DNA from: an uncultured Actinomycetes bacterium
GTDB lineage: Bacteria > Actinomycetota > UBA4738 > JBBDTT01
Reading direction: 5' to 3'
Assembly: GCA_963742735.1 (NCBI GenBank)
Contig: CAVUMN010000004.1
Location: 768,001-832,000, forward strand
Length of the DNA: 64,000 bases
The notes beneath the pieces were generated by a model. It searched no databases and was not told the DNA's origin. It saw only the letters and a program-made list of their open reading frames with translations. This document shows, piece after piece, positions 10,134-19,838 of the stretch; within the stretch, counting starts at the first letter, position 1, and each line of letters starts with the position of its first letter. The position numbers and the translations under genes were made by a program.

Positions 10134-10397
10134 GTGGAGTGGCCGGAGCGGTTCGCCGAGCAGCTCGCCGCCGCGGCGAGCGAGGAGCTCACCCTCACCA
10201 AGGCAGAGGAGGCGATCGTCCTCCGCCTTGCCCGCGAGGTCGCCCACCGGACCGACGACCGGAAGAACGCGCCGGTCGCGTCCTACCTGGTGGGCCGGTT
10301 CGTGGCCGCGCGCGTCCGCGCCGGGGCGTCTCCACGCGAGGCGCTCGACGAGGCCACCGCCCTGGCCGAGCGGCTGCTGCCGCCTCCGGTGGAGTGA
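10134..10397 (+). CDS. DUF6457-like small protein (MobA-associated)
   Basis: VLRLAREVAH..DRKNAPVASYLVG resembles DUF6457; divergent from mobA; GTGA overlap with ligB. Confidence 0.7.
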   Translation: MEWPERFAEQLAAAASEELTLTKAEEAIVLRLAREVAHRTDDRKNAPVASYLVGRFVAARVRAGASPREALDEATALAERLLPPPVE

Positions 10398-11947
10398 AGG
10401 CCGCGCCGACGCGCCTGGGCGACCTCGCCGAGGCGTCCTCGGCGGTCACCGCCGCCTCCGGGCGCCTGGAGAAGATCCGGCTGCTCGCCGACCTGCTGTC
10501 CCGCCTCCGGCCCCAGGAGGTCGAGACCGCGGTGGCGTATCTCTCCGGCTTCCTGCCGCAGGGGACGATCGGCGTCGGGTGGGCGGCCTTGCGCGACGTT
10601 CCGCGACCCGCGGCCGATCCGTCCCTCACCGTCGCGGAGGTCGACGCGATCCTGCGGGAGATCCAGGCGACGACCGGGCCGGGCTCGGTGGCCCGGCGCC
10701 GGGAGCTGATCCACGACCTGTTCGGACGGGCCACCGAGCCGGAGCGCCGGTTCCTGCTGGGGCTGCTGTCGGGCGAGCTCCGACAGGGCGCGCTGGAGGG
10801 CGTGATGATCGAGGCCGTGGCCCGTGCGGCCGGCGTCCCCGCGGCGGCCGTCCGGCGGGCCCGGATGCTGGCGGGCGAGCTCGGGCCGGTGGCCCGGGCC
10901 GCGATCGAGTCCGGCGAAGCGGGCCTCGGGACGTACGGGTTGGAGCTCCTCCGGCCGATCCAGCCGATGCTCGCGAAGACCGCCGACTCACTGGCCGAGG
11001 CCATCGAGAAGCTGGCGCCCGCCGCGGTGGAGTGGAAGCTCGACGGCGTCCGCGTGCAGGTCCACCGGGTGGGGGACGAGGTCCGGGCGTACACGCGGAA
11101 CCTGGCCGACGTCACCGACCGCCTCCCAGAGCTGGTGCAGGAGGTCCTGGCACTGATGTGCGAGTCGGTGATCCTGGACGGCGAGGCGATCGCGCTGCTC
11201 GACGACGGCCGCCCTCGCGCGTTCCAGGAGTCGATGAGCCGGTTCGGCTCGCGGACCGAGGTCGAGGCCCAGCGCAGGCGGATGCCGCTGTCGGCCGCGT
11301 ACTTCGACTGCCTGCACCTGGACGGCGAGGACCTCATCGACCGGCCCCTGGCCGAGCGCGTCGTCGCCCTCGATCGCGTGGTCCCCGAGAAGCTGCGCAT
11401 CCCCCGCAGGGCGTGCTCCGAGGTCGGCGACGCCGAGCCGGTGCTGAAGGAGGCCCTCGCCGCCGGCCACGAGGGCGTGATGGTGAAGGCCCTCGACGGG
11501 CCCTACGAGGCCGGCCGCCGCGGCGCCGGGTGGCTCAAGGTCAAGCCCGCGAAGACGCTCGACCTGGTCGTGCTCGCAGCCGAGTGGGGCCACGGCCGGC
11601 GGCAGGGGTGGCTGAGCAACCTGCACCTCGGCGCGCGCGACCCCGGTTCGCCCGGTGGCTTCGCCATGCTCGGCAAGACGTTCAAGGGGATGACCGACGA
11701 GATGCTCGCCTGGCAGACCGAGCGCCTCCAGGAGCTCGAGACCCACCGCGACGGCATCACGGTGTACGTCCGGCCCGAGCTCGTGGTCGAGGTCGCGGTG
11801 GACGGGGTCCAGACGAGCACGAAGTACCCGAGCGGGATGGCCCTTCGGTTCGCGCGCATCAAGGGCTATCGGCACGACAAGGGACCGGAGGACGCCGACA
11901 CGATCGAGACCGTTCGGGCGATCCACGCGGGAGGATCCGGCTCGTGA
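10394..11947 (+). CDS. ligB: ATP-dependent DNA ligase
   Basis: Motif I EWKLDG, ILDGE, FDCL, EGVMVK, WLKVK and LRFAR OB-fold. Confidence 0.93.
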   Translation: MKAAPTRLGDLAEASSAVTAASGRLEKIRLLADLLSRLRPQEVETAVAYLSGFLPQGTIGVGWAALRDVPRPAADPSLTVAEVDAILREIQATTGPGSVARRRELIHDLFGRATEPERRFLLGLLSGELRQGALEGVMIEAVARAAGVPAAAVRRARMLAGELGPVARAAIESGEAGLGTYGLELLRPIQPMLAKTADSLAEAIEKLAPAAVEWKLDGVRVQVHRVGDEVRAYTRNLADVTDRLPELVQEVLALMCESVILDGEAIALLDDGRPRAFQESMSRFGSRTEVEAQRRRMPLSAAYFDCLHLDGEDLIDRPLAERVVALDRVVPEKLRIPRRACSEVGDAEPVLKEALAAGHEGVMVKALDGPYEAGRRGAGWLKVKPAKTLDLVVLAAEWGHGRRQGWLSNLHLGARDPGSPGGFAMLGKTFKGMTDEMLAWQTERLQELETHRDGITVYVRPELVVEVAVDGVQTSTKYPSGMALRFARIKGYRHDKGPEDADTIETVRAIHAGGSGS

Positions 11948-12213
11948 ACGCCGAGAGCGTCCTGGCCGTGGTCGCCGCGTCCTACGGCGTGGTGATGGCC
12001 GTCTCGCCGGTGCTGCAGATCCGGCGCATCCTCCGGCTGCGGTCCTCGGAGGACGTCTCGGTCGGCTACCTGGCCGTGATCACCGTCGGCTTTGCGATCT
12101 GGACCACCTACGGCGCCGTCATCGGCGTCCCGGCGCTCGTGATCGCGAACAGCGTCGCCCTCGTGGTCGGCGTGGTCACGATCCTGGTGGCCCGCCGGTT
12201 CCGGAGCCGCTGA
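11944..12213 (+). CDS. SemiSWEET / PQ-loop family small transporter
   Basis: 89 aa, three hydrophobic helices, SPVLQIRRI..RSSEDVS, W..YG and IAN motifs; GTGA overlap with ligB. Confidence 0.8.
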   Translation: MNAESVLAVVAASYGVVMAVSPVLQIRRILRLRSSEDVSVGYLAVITVGFAIWTTYGAVIGVPALVIANSVALVVGVVTILVARRFRSR

Positions 12214-13021
12214 GCAGCCGGGCGGCGGTGCCGCCCAGGAACGCCTCCATGGCGGGCTCGGACAGCGGCAGCGACCGTGCCGCCTCGAGGGCCTTCGGCA
12301 TCGGCAGGAAGGGATGGTCCGAGCCGTAGAGGACCTTCCCGATCCCGCGGGAGGAGTCCATGAACCGCGCCAGGCCGGGGTCCAGGTACTTCGAGGAGTA
12401 GGCCGTGGTGGACAGGTACAGGTTCGGCCACTTCATCATGTACTGGATCAGCAGCGCCTCGTACGGGTGGCCCATGTGGGCGCCAATCACCACCAGGTCG
12501 GGGAAGTCGAGCAGGACGTCCTCGAGCAGGACCGGGTCCTGGCAGCCCGAGCGGACGAGCGGTCCGGGAATCCCGACGTTGATCGCGACCGGGAGCCCGA
12601 GGTCCTCGCAGGCCGCGTACACCGGGTAGTAGAGCGGCGCGTTGATCGGGTGCTGCTCGACGAGGGGCGCGACCCGGATCATCACCAACCCCGGGTGCTG
12701 CGCCACCTCGCGGATCCTGGCGACGTTGCGGGTGGGCTTCGTGGCCTGGTCGACCATCGCCGCGACGAGCAGCCGGTCATCGAAGCGGCCGGCGAGCTCG
12801 AGCATCCCCTCGGTCCCCGACGAAAGCGCGGCCGTCAGCACGCCCTGCGTGACGCCGAGGGCGTCCATCAGCTCGAGGGTCTCCTCGGCGCCGGTCCCGC
12901 TGGAGACGTCGCTGCCGAAGAACTCCTCGATCCGGCGGTTCTGCTCCTGGTTCAGGAACGTCCGGGCGTCGTCGCGGCCGAGGAGGTTCACCCAGATGTC
13001 GATCACGGTCGGGTCGGCCAT
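12176..13021 (-). CDS. Amidohydrolase family 2 protein
   Basis: YYPVYAACEDLGLPV, VIGAHMGHP, PNLYL and VLYGSDHP motifs. Confidence 0.88.
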   Translation of the reverse strand: MADPTVIDIWVNLLGRDDARTFLNQEQNRRIEEFFGSDVSSGTGAEETLELMDALGVTQGVLTAALSSGTEGMLELAGRFDDRLLVAAMVDQATKPTRNVARIREVAQHPGLVMIRVAPLVEQHPINAPLYYPVYAACEDLGLPVAINVGIPGPLVRSGCQDPVLLEDVLLDFPDLVVIGAHMGHPYEALLIQYMMKWPNLYLSTTAYSSKYLDPGLARFMDSSRGIGKVLYGSDHPFLPMPKALEAARSLPLSEPAMEAFLGGTAARLLSGSGTGGPPGS

Positions 13022-13047
13022 CGGCGAACCCTACCCGGACGCGACGG

Positions 13048-13725
13048 CTAGGTCTGCGACCGTCGTCGAGCCAGGAGGGTGCCGCCGACGGTGACCACGA
13101 GCAGGGCCGCGACGATGGCCGCGATGCCTCCTCCGCCCAGGCCGCCATCGTCATCCGCCGGCCGGGCCACCACCGTCGGACCGGTGGTGGTGGTGATCGG
13201 GGTCCGAGACGGGGACGCGGCGGGCGTCGTCGCGGTGGCGGTCGGCGAGGCGCTCGGCGTGGTCATGGTGGGGATCGGGCTCGGCGGAGGCGGGGGTGGT
13301 GCGTCGTTGTCCTGGATCGTGATCGTCGAGGGATCGTCGACGTCGTAGCTGGGATTCGGGGCGCACCCCGCAGGGTCGTGCAGCCGCACGCGGAACGTTT
13401 CGTTGGGCTCGTCCGTGGCGTCGTTCGTCACCGGCACGGACAACGACATCGAGATCTGGGCCCCGTAGCTGAGCGTTCCGCTCCGAGCCGAGTAGTCCTG
13501 TCCGGCCTTCGCCGTCCCGTCCACCGTCTGGTACCGGATGCTGCTGGACGCGAACCCGGCGTCCCGGCTGACGGTGATCGTGACGCTGCCGGCGCCCTCC
13601 GAGACCGAGTACGCGTCCCGGTCGAACGTGAACTGATGGCACGCCGCGCTCGCGGGAGTCGCGGGCCACACGCCGAACGCCCCCATCACCGCCAGAAGGA
13701 TCAGGATCCGAGCCGGCCGGTTCAT
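13048..13725 (-). CDS. Cell-surface Calx-beta domain protein with Pro/Thr linker and C-terminal membrane anchor
   Basis: Signal peptide; YSVSEG, TVDGTAKAGQDY, DEPNETF, TIQDND; P/T-rich stalk; TM helix followed by RRR; RBS GGGAGGG upstream. Confidence 0.85.
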   Translation of the reverse strand: MNRPARILILLAVMGAFGVWPATPASAACHQFTFDRDAYSVSEGAGSVTITVSRDAGFASSSIRYQTVDGTAKAGQDYSARSGTLSYGAQISMSLSVPVTNDATDEPNETFRVRLHDPAGCAPNPSYDVDDPSTITIQDNDAPPPPPPSPIPTMTTPSASPTATATTPAASPSRTPITTTTGPTVVARPADDDGGLGGGGIAAIVAALLVVTVGGTLLARRRSQT

Positions 13726-13780
13726 ACGTCCCTCCCTGGTCCGCCTAGTTTGCACCCCAGGGCGGAGTTGGGGGATCGAG

Positions 13781-15124
13781 TCAGCCGCGGTAGAAGGGGC
13801 TCGCGTAGGCGACGACGCCCCCGTGGGCGCGGTACGGCGCGGTCGCCTTGGGGTCCGGCTTGCGAGCGGGGTCGGTGATCCGCAGGAACATCCAGTCCTC
13901 GGCACCCCGGACGGTGAACCGCACCGGAGGGTCGTTCGGACGAGGGACCCGGATCTCGACGGCCTCGGCGATCTCTGGGCCGGACGTGATGGCCTCCACG
14001 ATCAGCCGTCGCCCGGTCCACGCCGGACCGCGGTCGATGTCGAGCCGCACCTGCAGGCGGCCCCAGTCCCGCTTCACGACGCCGCCCATCGGCACCCCGT
14101 TCGCGGAGGCGTCCAGGCGGAGGCCGGCCTCGAACGTCGCGAAGGTACGTCGCGCCTCGAGCGCCTCGCGGACGCCCGTCCGGGTGAGCTTGGTGACCCA
14201 CAGGCCGCCGCGGGCCCGGCCCGGCCGGCCGTAGGGCGGGCCGTGTTCGTCGCTGACGCCGAGGAATCCCACCCGCCAGCCCGCGTTCAGGCATGCGTCG
14301 AAGGGGTTGCGCCGGCCCCGGTCGGCGTCGAACCAGAAGAAGTCGCGGTCCCGGTTGAGGGCCTCGAACTGGACCATCCTTGCGGCGGCTGCGGTGTCGT
14401 ACGCGAAGTCGTCGAAGGTCCCGAACTCGTTCGGGTGGTTGAAGCAGCCGATGCCGTCGCTGCCGCCTCCCTGGACCGGGCGGTCGGGCGAGGACGCCAG
14501 CCAGTCCCAGAACCCGTCCATGTTCGCGATGTCGGGGGTGTCCTCGAAGTTGTCGACGATCTCCGAAGGCAGCCCGATGCGGTCGGCCTCGGCGGCGGCC
14601 GGCGGCGTGAAGAACGCGTTCTGGTGCAGGGCGTCGGTGAACTCGCGCGAGTACCACACGTTGATGTGGCCGATCGTGGGCGTGCTCCACTCGAACCCGG
14701 GGACGACCACGAACGACCCCGGCCGGTCGAAGCGATCGGCCACGGCCTTCACGGCCTCCCAGTCGGTCTGGTTGATGCCCTCGATGATCCGACAGGGAGC
14801 CTCGTGGTCGCCGCAGGTCACCTCGCCGTGGTCCTTGCCGGAGATGGCGTGCTCGGTGAGCGAGGCGACATCCAGGCCGTGCCGGCGCATGTCCGTGTAC
14901 GCGACCTCGGGCGAGCCGGCCGCGTCACCCGAGATCAGCGTGTGGTTGTGCAGGTCTGAGTGGACGAGGAACCGCCCGCCGCGGGGAAACACCTTCGACC
15001 GGCGTGAGGCCCCTCTGGCCACCCCGCCGAGCGGCGTCGCCAGGGCATGCAGCGGCCGCATCGCGAGAAGGCCGCCGAGCCCGGCGAGCCCCGTGAGCAT
15101 CGAACGCCTGCTGATCTGACCCAT
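13781..15124 (-). CDS. Tat-exported PHP-fold metallohydrolase (CehA/McbA-like)
   Basis: Tat motif SRRSML; metal-binding motifs DLHNHT, LTEH, GFEWS, GHINV, FNHP and SDEH. Confidence 0.8.
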   Translation of the reverse strand: MGQISRRSMLTGLAGLGGLLAMRPLHALATPLGGVARGASRRSKVFPRGGRFLVHSDLHNHTLISGDAAGSPEVAYTDMRRHGLDVASLTEHAISGKDHGEVTCGDHEAPCRIIEGINQTDWEAVKAVADRFDRPGSFVVVPGFEWSTPTIGHINVWYSREFTDALHQNAFFTPPAAAEADRIGLPSEIVDNFEDTPDIANMDGFWDWLASSPDRPVQGGGSDGIGCFNHPNEFGTFDDFAYDTAAAARMVQFEALNRDRDFFWFDADRGRRNPFDACLNAGWRVGFLGVSDEHGPPYGRPGRARGGLWVTKLTRTGVREALEARRTFATFEAGLRLDASANGVPMGGVVKRDWGRLQVRLDIDRGPAWTGRRLIVEAITSGPEIAEAVEIRVPRPNDPPVRFTVRGAEDWMFLRITDPARKPDPKATAPYRAHGGVVAYASPFYRG

Positions 15125-15206
15125 GTCCCCGTAGGGATTCGCCGAACGGAGCGCCGGCCCTTCCCCACGAAGCGGGCGGGGGGAGCGGATAGACTGCCCC
15201 TGGATC

Positions 15207-15962
15207 ATGGTCGAATCGGCCACCAACGGGCGCCTGATCGAGGTCGACGGGGTTCGCAAGGCCTTCGACTCGCACGTGGTCCTCGACGGCATCGACCTCC
15301 TGGTCGATCGCGGGCAGGTGATCGTGATCGCCGGGCCCTCCGGATCCGGCAAGTCGACGCTCCTGCGATGCATCAACGGCCTCGAGCCGATCGACGAGGG
15401 AACCATCCGGTTCGAGGGCCGCCCGGTCCTCGCCTCCGACAAGGCCGTCCACCGGCTGCGCGCCGACATCGGCATGGTCTTTCAGTCCTTCAACTTGTTT
15501 CCGCATCGCTCCGTCATGGACAACATCACCCTGGCCCCGGTCGAGGTCCGGGGGCTCGGCCGGGAGGAGGCCGCGGAGCGCGCCCGCTCCCTGCTCGAGC
15601 GGGTGGGTATCCCGGAGAAGGCCGGCGAATATCCCGCGGACCTCTCCGGAGGACAGCAGCAGCGGGTGGCGATCGCGCGGGCCCTGGCCATGGAGCCCAA
15701 GCTGATGCTGTTCGACGAGCCGACGTCGGCGCTGGACCCCGAGATGATCCGCGAGGTCCTCGACGTGATGCGGGATCTGGCCCGCGACGGGATGACCATG
15801 CTGGTCGTCACCCACGAGATGGGGTTCGCCCGGGAGGTGGGCGACCGCCTGGTCTTCATCGACGAGGGGCGGATCGTCGAGGACGCCCCGCCGAAGGAGT
15901 TCTTCGAGGGCGCCCAAAGCGAGCGCGCCCGCGAATTCGTGGACAAGATCATCCACCACTAG
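15207..15962 (+). CDS. gluA: Polar amino acid (glutamate) ABC transporter ATP-binding protein
   Basis: GPSGSGKST, LSGGQQQRVAIARAL, FDEPTSALDPE, VTHEMGFA; gene order ATPase-SBP-permease-permease. Confidence 0.9.
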   Translation: MVESATNGRLIEVDGVRKAFDSHVVLDGIDLLVDRGQVIVIAGPSGSGKSTLLRCINGLEPIDEGTIRFEGRPVLASDKAVHRLRADIGMVFQSFNLFPHRSVMDNITLAPVEVRGLGREEAAERARSLLERVGIPEKAGEYPADLSGGQQQRVAIARALAMEPKLMLFDEPTSALDPEMIREVLDVMRDLARDGMTMLVVTHEMGFAREVGDRLVFIDEGRIVEDAPPKEFFEGAQSERAREFVDKIIHH

Positions 15963-16026
15963 ACCGGTCGCCCCACGACGGACGCCCCAGCGAGCCGGCC
16001 GCACCACGGCCGGGAGGGAGGTTCGG

Positions 16027-16923
16027 ATGCGACAACGACGAGGGTGGCTGACCGCGCTCCTCGCCACGGTGGCCCTTCTGGGCGCCGCGTGCGGCGACGG
16101 GGACGGCGGCGCGACGCCCACGCCCGGCGGGAACGATCAGGAGTTCCCTGCGGGCAGCACCATGGCGGAGCTCCAGGAGGCCGGGGAGGTCGTGATCGGC
16201 GTCAAGTTCGACGTCCCGCCGTTCGGGTTCCTGAACCCGCAGACCGAGGAGGTCGAGGGGTTCGACGTGGACATGGGCAAGGCCATCGCCGAGGAGCTCG
16301 GCGTGGAGCCGAGGTTCGTCGAGGCGATCACGGACAACCGGATCCCGTTCATCAAGAACGGCACGGTGGACATCATCCTGTCGACGATGACGATCACCAC
16401 CGACCGTGACGCGGAGATCGACTTCTCCGAGCCGTACTTCATCGCCCAGGGCCGGGTGCTGGTGCCGGGGGACTCGGACATCACCGGCGTGCAGGACCTG
16501 GCCGGGAAGACGGTCTGCACGGCGCTGGGCTCCACCTATGAGGAGAACTTGAAGGAGAACGCCCCGGAGGCGGAGCTTCGCCTTGTGGACACCTACTCCG
16601 AGTGCCTGGAGCTGATCCAGAACGGCTCGGTGGACGCCGTGTCCACGGACGACGTGATCCTCACCGGGATGATCATCCAGGACGACAGCCTGAAGCTGGT
16701 CGGCGAGGGCTACACGACCGAGCCGTACGGCGCCGGGATCGCAGACGGTGACACCGAGTTCGGCGAGTTCATCAGCGGGGTCATCGCCGACGTGAAGTCG
16801 GACGGACGGTGGGAGCAGTTCTTCCAGGACTGGATCGGGCAGCACACGGGCGAGCCGGGTGAGGTCCCGACCCTGACCCTGGAGGAAGCCCTGGAGCTTC
16901 GTCCGTGCGTCGAGACCTGCTGA
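16027..16923 (+). CDS. gluB: Glutamate-type ABC transporter substrate-binding lipoprotein
   Basis: Lipobox LGAAC; GVKFDVPPFG, EGFDVD, TITTDR, DAVSTDDVIL and EPYG motifs. Confidence 0.9.
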   Translation: MRQRRGWLTALLATVALLGAACGDGDGGATPTPGGNDQEFPAGSTMAELQEAGEVVIGVKFDVPPFGFLNPQTEEVEGFDVDMGKAIAEELGVEPRFVEAITDNRIPFIKNGTVDIILSTMTITTDRDAEIDFSEPYFIAQGRVLVPGDSDITGVQDLAGKTVCTALGSTYEENLKENAPEAELRLVDTYSECLELIQNGSVDAVSTDDVILTGMIIQDDSLKLVGEGYTTEPYGAGIADGDTEFGEFISGVIADVKSDGRWEQFFQDWIGQHTGEPGEVPTLTLEEALELRPCVETC

Positions 16924-16948
16924 GGTTCGCGAGAGAGAGCGCCGAGCG

Positions 16949-17611
16949 GTGAGCGATCTCTGGGACGTGCTGGTCCGGCACTTCCCGGAGTTCCGCTCGG
17001 GGTTCCTGGTGACGCTCAAGCTGGTGGCGATCTCGCTCGCGATCGCGCTGGCCGTGGGAACGATCGTGGGGGCCCTCCGGGCCGCGCCGACCCGCTGGGT
17101 CCGGTGGCTCGGGGGCCTCTACGTCGAGTTCTTCCGCAACATCCCCCTGCTGGTCCTGTTGACCATCGCGTTCGCGGGCCTGCGCCGGGCCGGCATCGGG
17201 ATCTCCCCCCTGGTGGCGGCCACCGCGAGCCTGGGGTTGTACACGGCGGCGTACGTCGCCGAGGCGATCCGCTCCGGGGTGTTCTCGGTGAGCAAGGGCC
17301 AGATCGAGGCCTCGCTGTCGATGGGCATGACCTCCCGCCAGACCCTGCGGCACGTCGTGGTCCCCCAGGCGGTCCGGACCGTGATCCCCCCGCTGGGCAG
17401 CCTGGTCATCGCCATGATCAAGAACTCCGCGATCATCGGCGCCGCCCTGGCGCTGGCCGACGACCTGCTCAAGGAGGCCCGCCAGATCAACGCGCGAACC
17501 TTCCAGACCAACGAGGTGTTCTTCTGGGCCGGGGTGGGATACCTGCTGCTCACGATCACCGCCACCGTCGCCATCCGGTACCTCGAACGACGACTGGCGA
17601 TCCGGCGATGA
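16949..17611 (+). CDS. gluC: Amino acid ABC transporter permease
   Basis: YVEFFRNIPLLV, AEAIRSG, GQIEA and PQAVR motifs. Confidence 0.9.
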   Translation: MSDLWDVLVRHFPEFRSGFLVTLKLVAISLAIALAVGTIVGALRAAPTRWVRWLGGLYVEFFRNIPLLVLLTIAFAGLRRAGIGISPLVAATASLGLYTAAYVAEAIRSGVFSVSKGQIEASLSMGMTSRQTLRHVVVPQAVRTVIPPLGSLVIAMIKNSAIIGAALALADDLLKEARQINARTFQTNEVFFWAGVGYLLLTITATVAIRYLERRLAIRR

Positions 17612-18417
17612 GCTACCTGGTCGATCCGGAGAACTGGCGGTGGCTGTTCGCCGGGAACAACGTGCCGTTCATCCTCCAGGGCTTCTGGATCAACATCCAG
17701 ATCGCGGCGGTAGCGATGATCCTGTCGCTCTCGTTCGGCCTGGTGCTGGCGCTCCTGCGGGTTTCGGTCGGACGGGTTCGCCGCACGGTGGCCGGCCTGT
17801 GGATCGACGTGTGGAGGAACCTCCCGCTGATCCTGGTCCTGCTGTACCTGGCCCAGGCGATCCCGACCTCGTGGCGGGACGCCTACCGGCAGGCGGTGCC
17901 GGAGTGGCTGCCGTCGGCGTTCCAGTCGCAGTTCTTCCTGGCGGCGATCATCGGGCTCACCCTCTACAACTCCTCGGTGATCGCCGAGATCATGCGCGCG
18001 GGAATCCAGTCGCTCGATCGCGGCCAGGGCGAGGCCGCGGCGGCGCTCGGCCTTCGCCGCGGGCAGGCGATGCGCAAGGTCATCCTGCCGCAAGGCCTTC
18101 GGCGGATGGTCCCGGCGACCGTGTCGCAGCTCATCACGCTGATGAAGGACACCACCCTGGTCAGCATCATCGCGATCGCCGAGGTCATGCGGCACGGCAG
18201 GATCGTGAACAACACGAGCGGGAGCCCGTTCGTGGGGACGGGAGTCGACGCCCCGCTCCTCCAGGTGTTCCTGACGGTCGGGCTGATGTTCGTGGTGGTG
18301 AACCTGTCGCTGTCGCGGCTGTCCCGTCGCCTGGAGATCCGCGAGCGCCGCCGGACGGGGATCGAGGTCGAGCGGGTGACGGGCGTGGAGGACCAGCTCG
18401 TCGTCTCGGAGGTCTAG
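17608..18417 (+). CDS. gluD: Amino acid ABC transporter permease
   Basis: RNLPL, AEIMRAGIQS..GQGEAAAALG and KDTTL motifs; ATGA overlap with the previous gene. Confidence 0.9.
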   Translation: MSYLVDPENWRWLFAGNNVPFILQGFWINIQIAAVAMILSLSFGLVLALLRVSVGRVRRTVAGLWIDVWRNLPLILVLLYLAQAIPTSWRDAYRQAVPEWLPSAFQSQFFLAAIIGLTLYNSSVIAEIMRAGIQSLDRGQGEAAAALGLRRGQAMRKVILPQGLRRMVPATVSQLITLMKDTTLVSIIAIAEVMRHGRIVNNTSGSPFVGTGVDAPLLQVFLTVGLMFVVVNLSLSRLSRRLEIRERRRTGIEVERVTGVEDQLVVSEV

Positions 18418-19196
18418 CGGGCGGCGAGGCGCTCCGCGAGCTCGTCGAGCAGAAAGAGGCTGACGTCGTCGGAGGTTCGTTCGTCCACCCTGAACGGCCG
18501 GTCCAGGACCTTGAGGAGCTTCACGAGGTAGATGAACAGGTAGGAGACGAAGGCCAGCACGACCAGCGATTCCGCGAGCGTCCCGATCCGCGTGAACGTC
18601 AGCGTGAGGATCCCGAGGAACACGATCGTCTGGATCAGCAGGTAGGTCGAGGGCAGGAACTCGATCTTCTGGACGTGGTAGATGCGGAGCAGGGCCTTGC
18701 GGATGGTCCCTTGCTCGCTCCGGAGGCGGGCGATGAACGGCGGCGGGGTGCCCAGCCGCTCGAGCTCGAGAAAGGACGGCGAGAGCCGGTTGACGGCCTC
18801 GAGGCAGGTGCGGGAGTTCGGGGTGGAGAGGTCGGCCCGGAACGCCTGGACGATGCCGAGCAGTGAACCGCGTAGCCGCGACAGGTCGAACGCGGTCGCG
18901 GTCTGTGCGTGGGACGTGCAGTCCTCGTGGATGGCCTCGAGCGCGGCCGTGATCTCGGCCGGCATCTTCTCGCTCTCCTTGTAGTCGGCCAGTGTCCCCG
19001 CGACGATCAGTCCGATGACGAAGATGCCGCCTCCCACGACGGTCGTGAACAGGGGGCTGAGATCCAGGAACTCCAGGTCGAACCGGTCGATCAGGAGTTT
19101 GACCAGCAGGATGCCCGCGACCAGCAGGGCCGTCTCGAGCGCGACGCGCACCCGCTTGAGGGCACGACCGGGCCGGCGACCGTCGTCCGGGCTCAT
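18414..19196 (-). CDS. Conserved hypothetical membrane protein (about 4 TM)
   Basis: Two N-terminal and two C-terminal hydrophobic helices flank a soluble helical region; coding-like codon usage. Confidence 0.7.
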   Translation of the reverse strand: MSPDDGRRPGRALKRVRVALETALLVAGILLVKLLIDRFDLEFLDLSPLFTTVVGGGIFVIGLIVAGTLADYKESEKMPAEITAALEAIHEDCTSHAQTATAFDLSRLRGSLLGIVQAFRADLSTPNSRTCLEAVNRLSPSFLELERLGTPPPFIARLRSEQGTIRKALLRIYHVQKIEFLPSTYLLIQTIVFLGILTLTFTRIGTLAESLVVLAFVSYLFIYLVKLLKVLDRPFRVDERTSDDVSLFLLDELAERLAAR

Positions 19197-19206
19197 GGGA
19201 CGCAGG

Positions 19207-19812
19207 CTACGTGACGGCGGTGGGGTGCACCACCGGCCGGTAGCCCTCGCGGAGGACGGCCACCGAGGACGGCGGCGTCAGCAGCACGGCGTCGCCGCGC
19301 GACGGCCGGTCGACTGGGTCGCCGTAACCGGCCGGGGACCAGGGGACCAGGCGGTCGTCCAGGACCAGCGCCGGCGTCTGGCCCGACGCGACGTACGCGC
19401 CCTCCGGCAGGTCGCGCCAGGCCATGGCGTGACGGCGCTGACGCCGGCCGTCCACCCGCTCGCCGTGGAGGCGGAGGTCCATCGGGTCGGCCCCCGGCCG
19501 TTCGCCGAACGCGGACCTCCACGCGTCGAGCCAGGCGTTGTACTCGCTCCGGCGACACAGGGCGCACGGCCGATGCCCCGCCGCGAGGGCGACGGCCTCG
19601 TCGAGGAAGAACAGCGGCGTCCAGCGCCCCGGCGCCCACTTGGGCGCGACCCAGCCCTTGAACTCCAGGACGCACGTGATCCACCGGCGGACCTGCCAGG
19701 CCCGGACGATCCTCCGGTCACGATGGATGTTCCCGCGGTTGCCCATGTACGTGCCGCGCTGGTCGATGGCGACGATCTCGCCGAACGGAGTCACCCGGTT
19801 GCGCTCGGCCAC
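19207..19812 (-). CDS. Conserved hypothetical protein with Ada-like metal-binding motif
   Basis: RNRVTPFG, MGNRG, WITC and FFLDEAVALAAGHRPCALCRR motifs. The start could alternatively be the ATG at 19821. Confidence 0.75.
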   Translation of the reverse strand: MAERNRVTPFGEIVAIDQRGTYMGNRGNIHRDRRIVRAWQVRRWITCVLEFKGWVAPKWAPGRWTPLFFLDEAVALAAGHRPCALCRRSEYNAWLDAWRSAFGERPGADPMDLRLHGERVDGRRQRRHAMAWRDLPEGAYVASGQTPALVLDDRLVPWSPAGYGDPVDRPSRGDAVLLTPPSSVAVLREGYRPVVHPTAVT

Positions 19813-19838
19813 GTGATCCATCCTGACCGAAGACGGAT

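Noticed and set aside
8594-11947. Apparent giant fusions in the ORF track (1117-aa ligase, 1322-aa propeller, 848-aa reductase, 664-aa GNAT)
   Set aside because: The N-terminal extensions overlap other genuine genes; the real starts are at 10394, 52974, 32270 and 38731.
16900-16960. Possible selenocysteine readthrough at the gluB stop (CVETC-TGA)
   Set aside because: The SBP is already full length, the downstream frame is non-coding-like and overlaps gluC, and I see no convincing SECIS hairpin.
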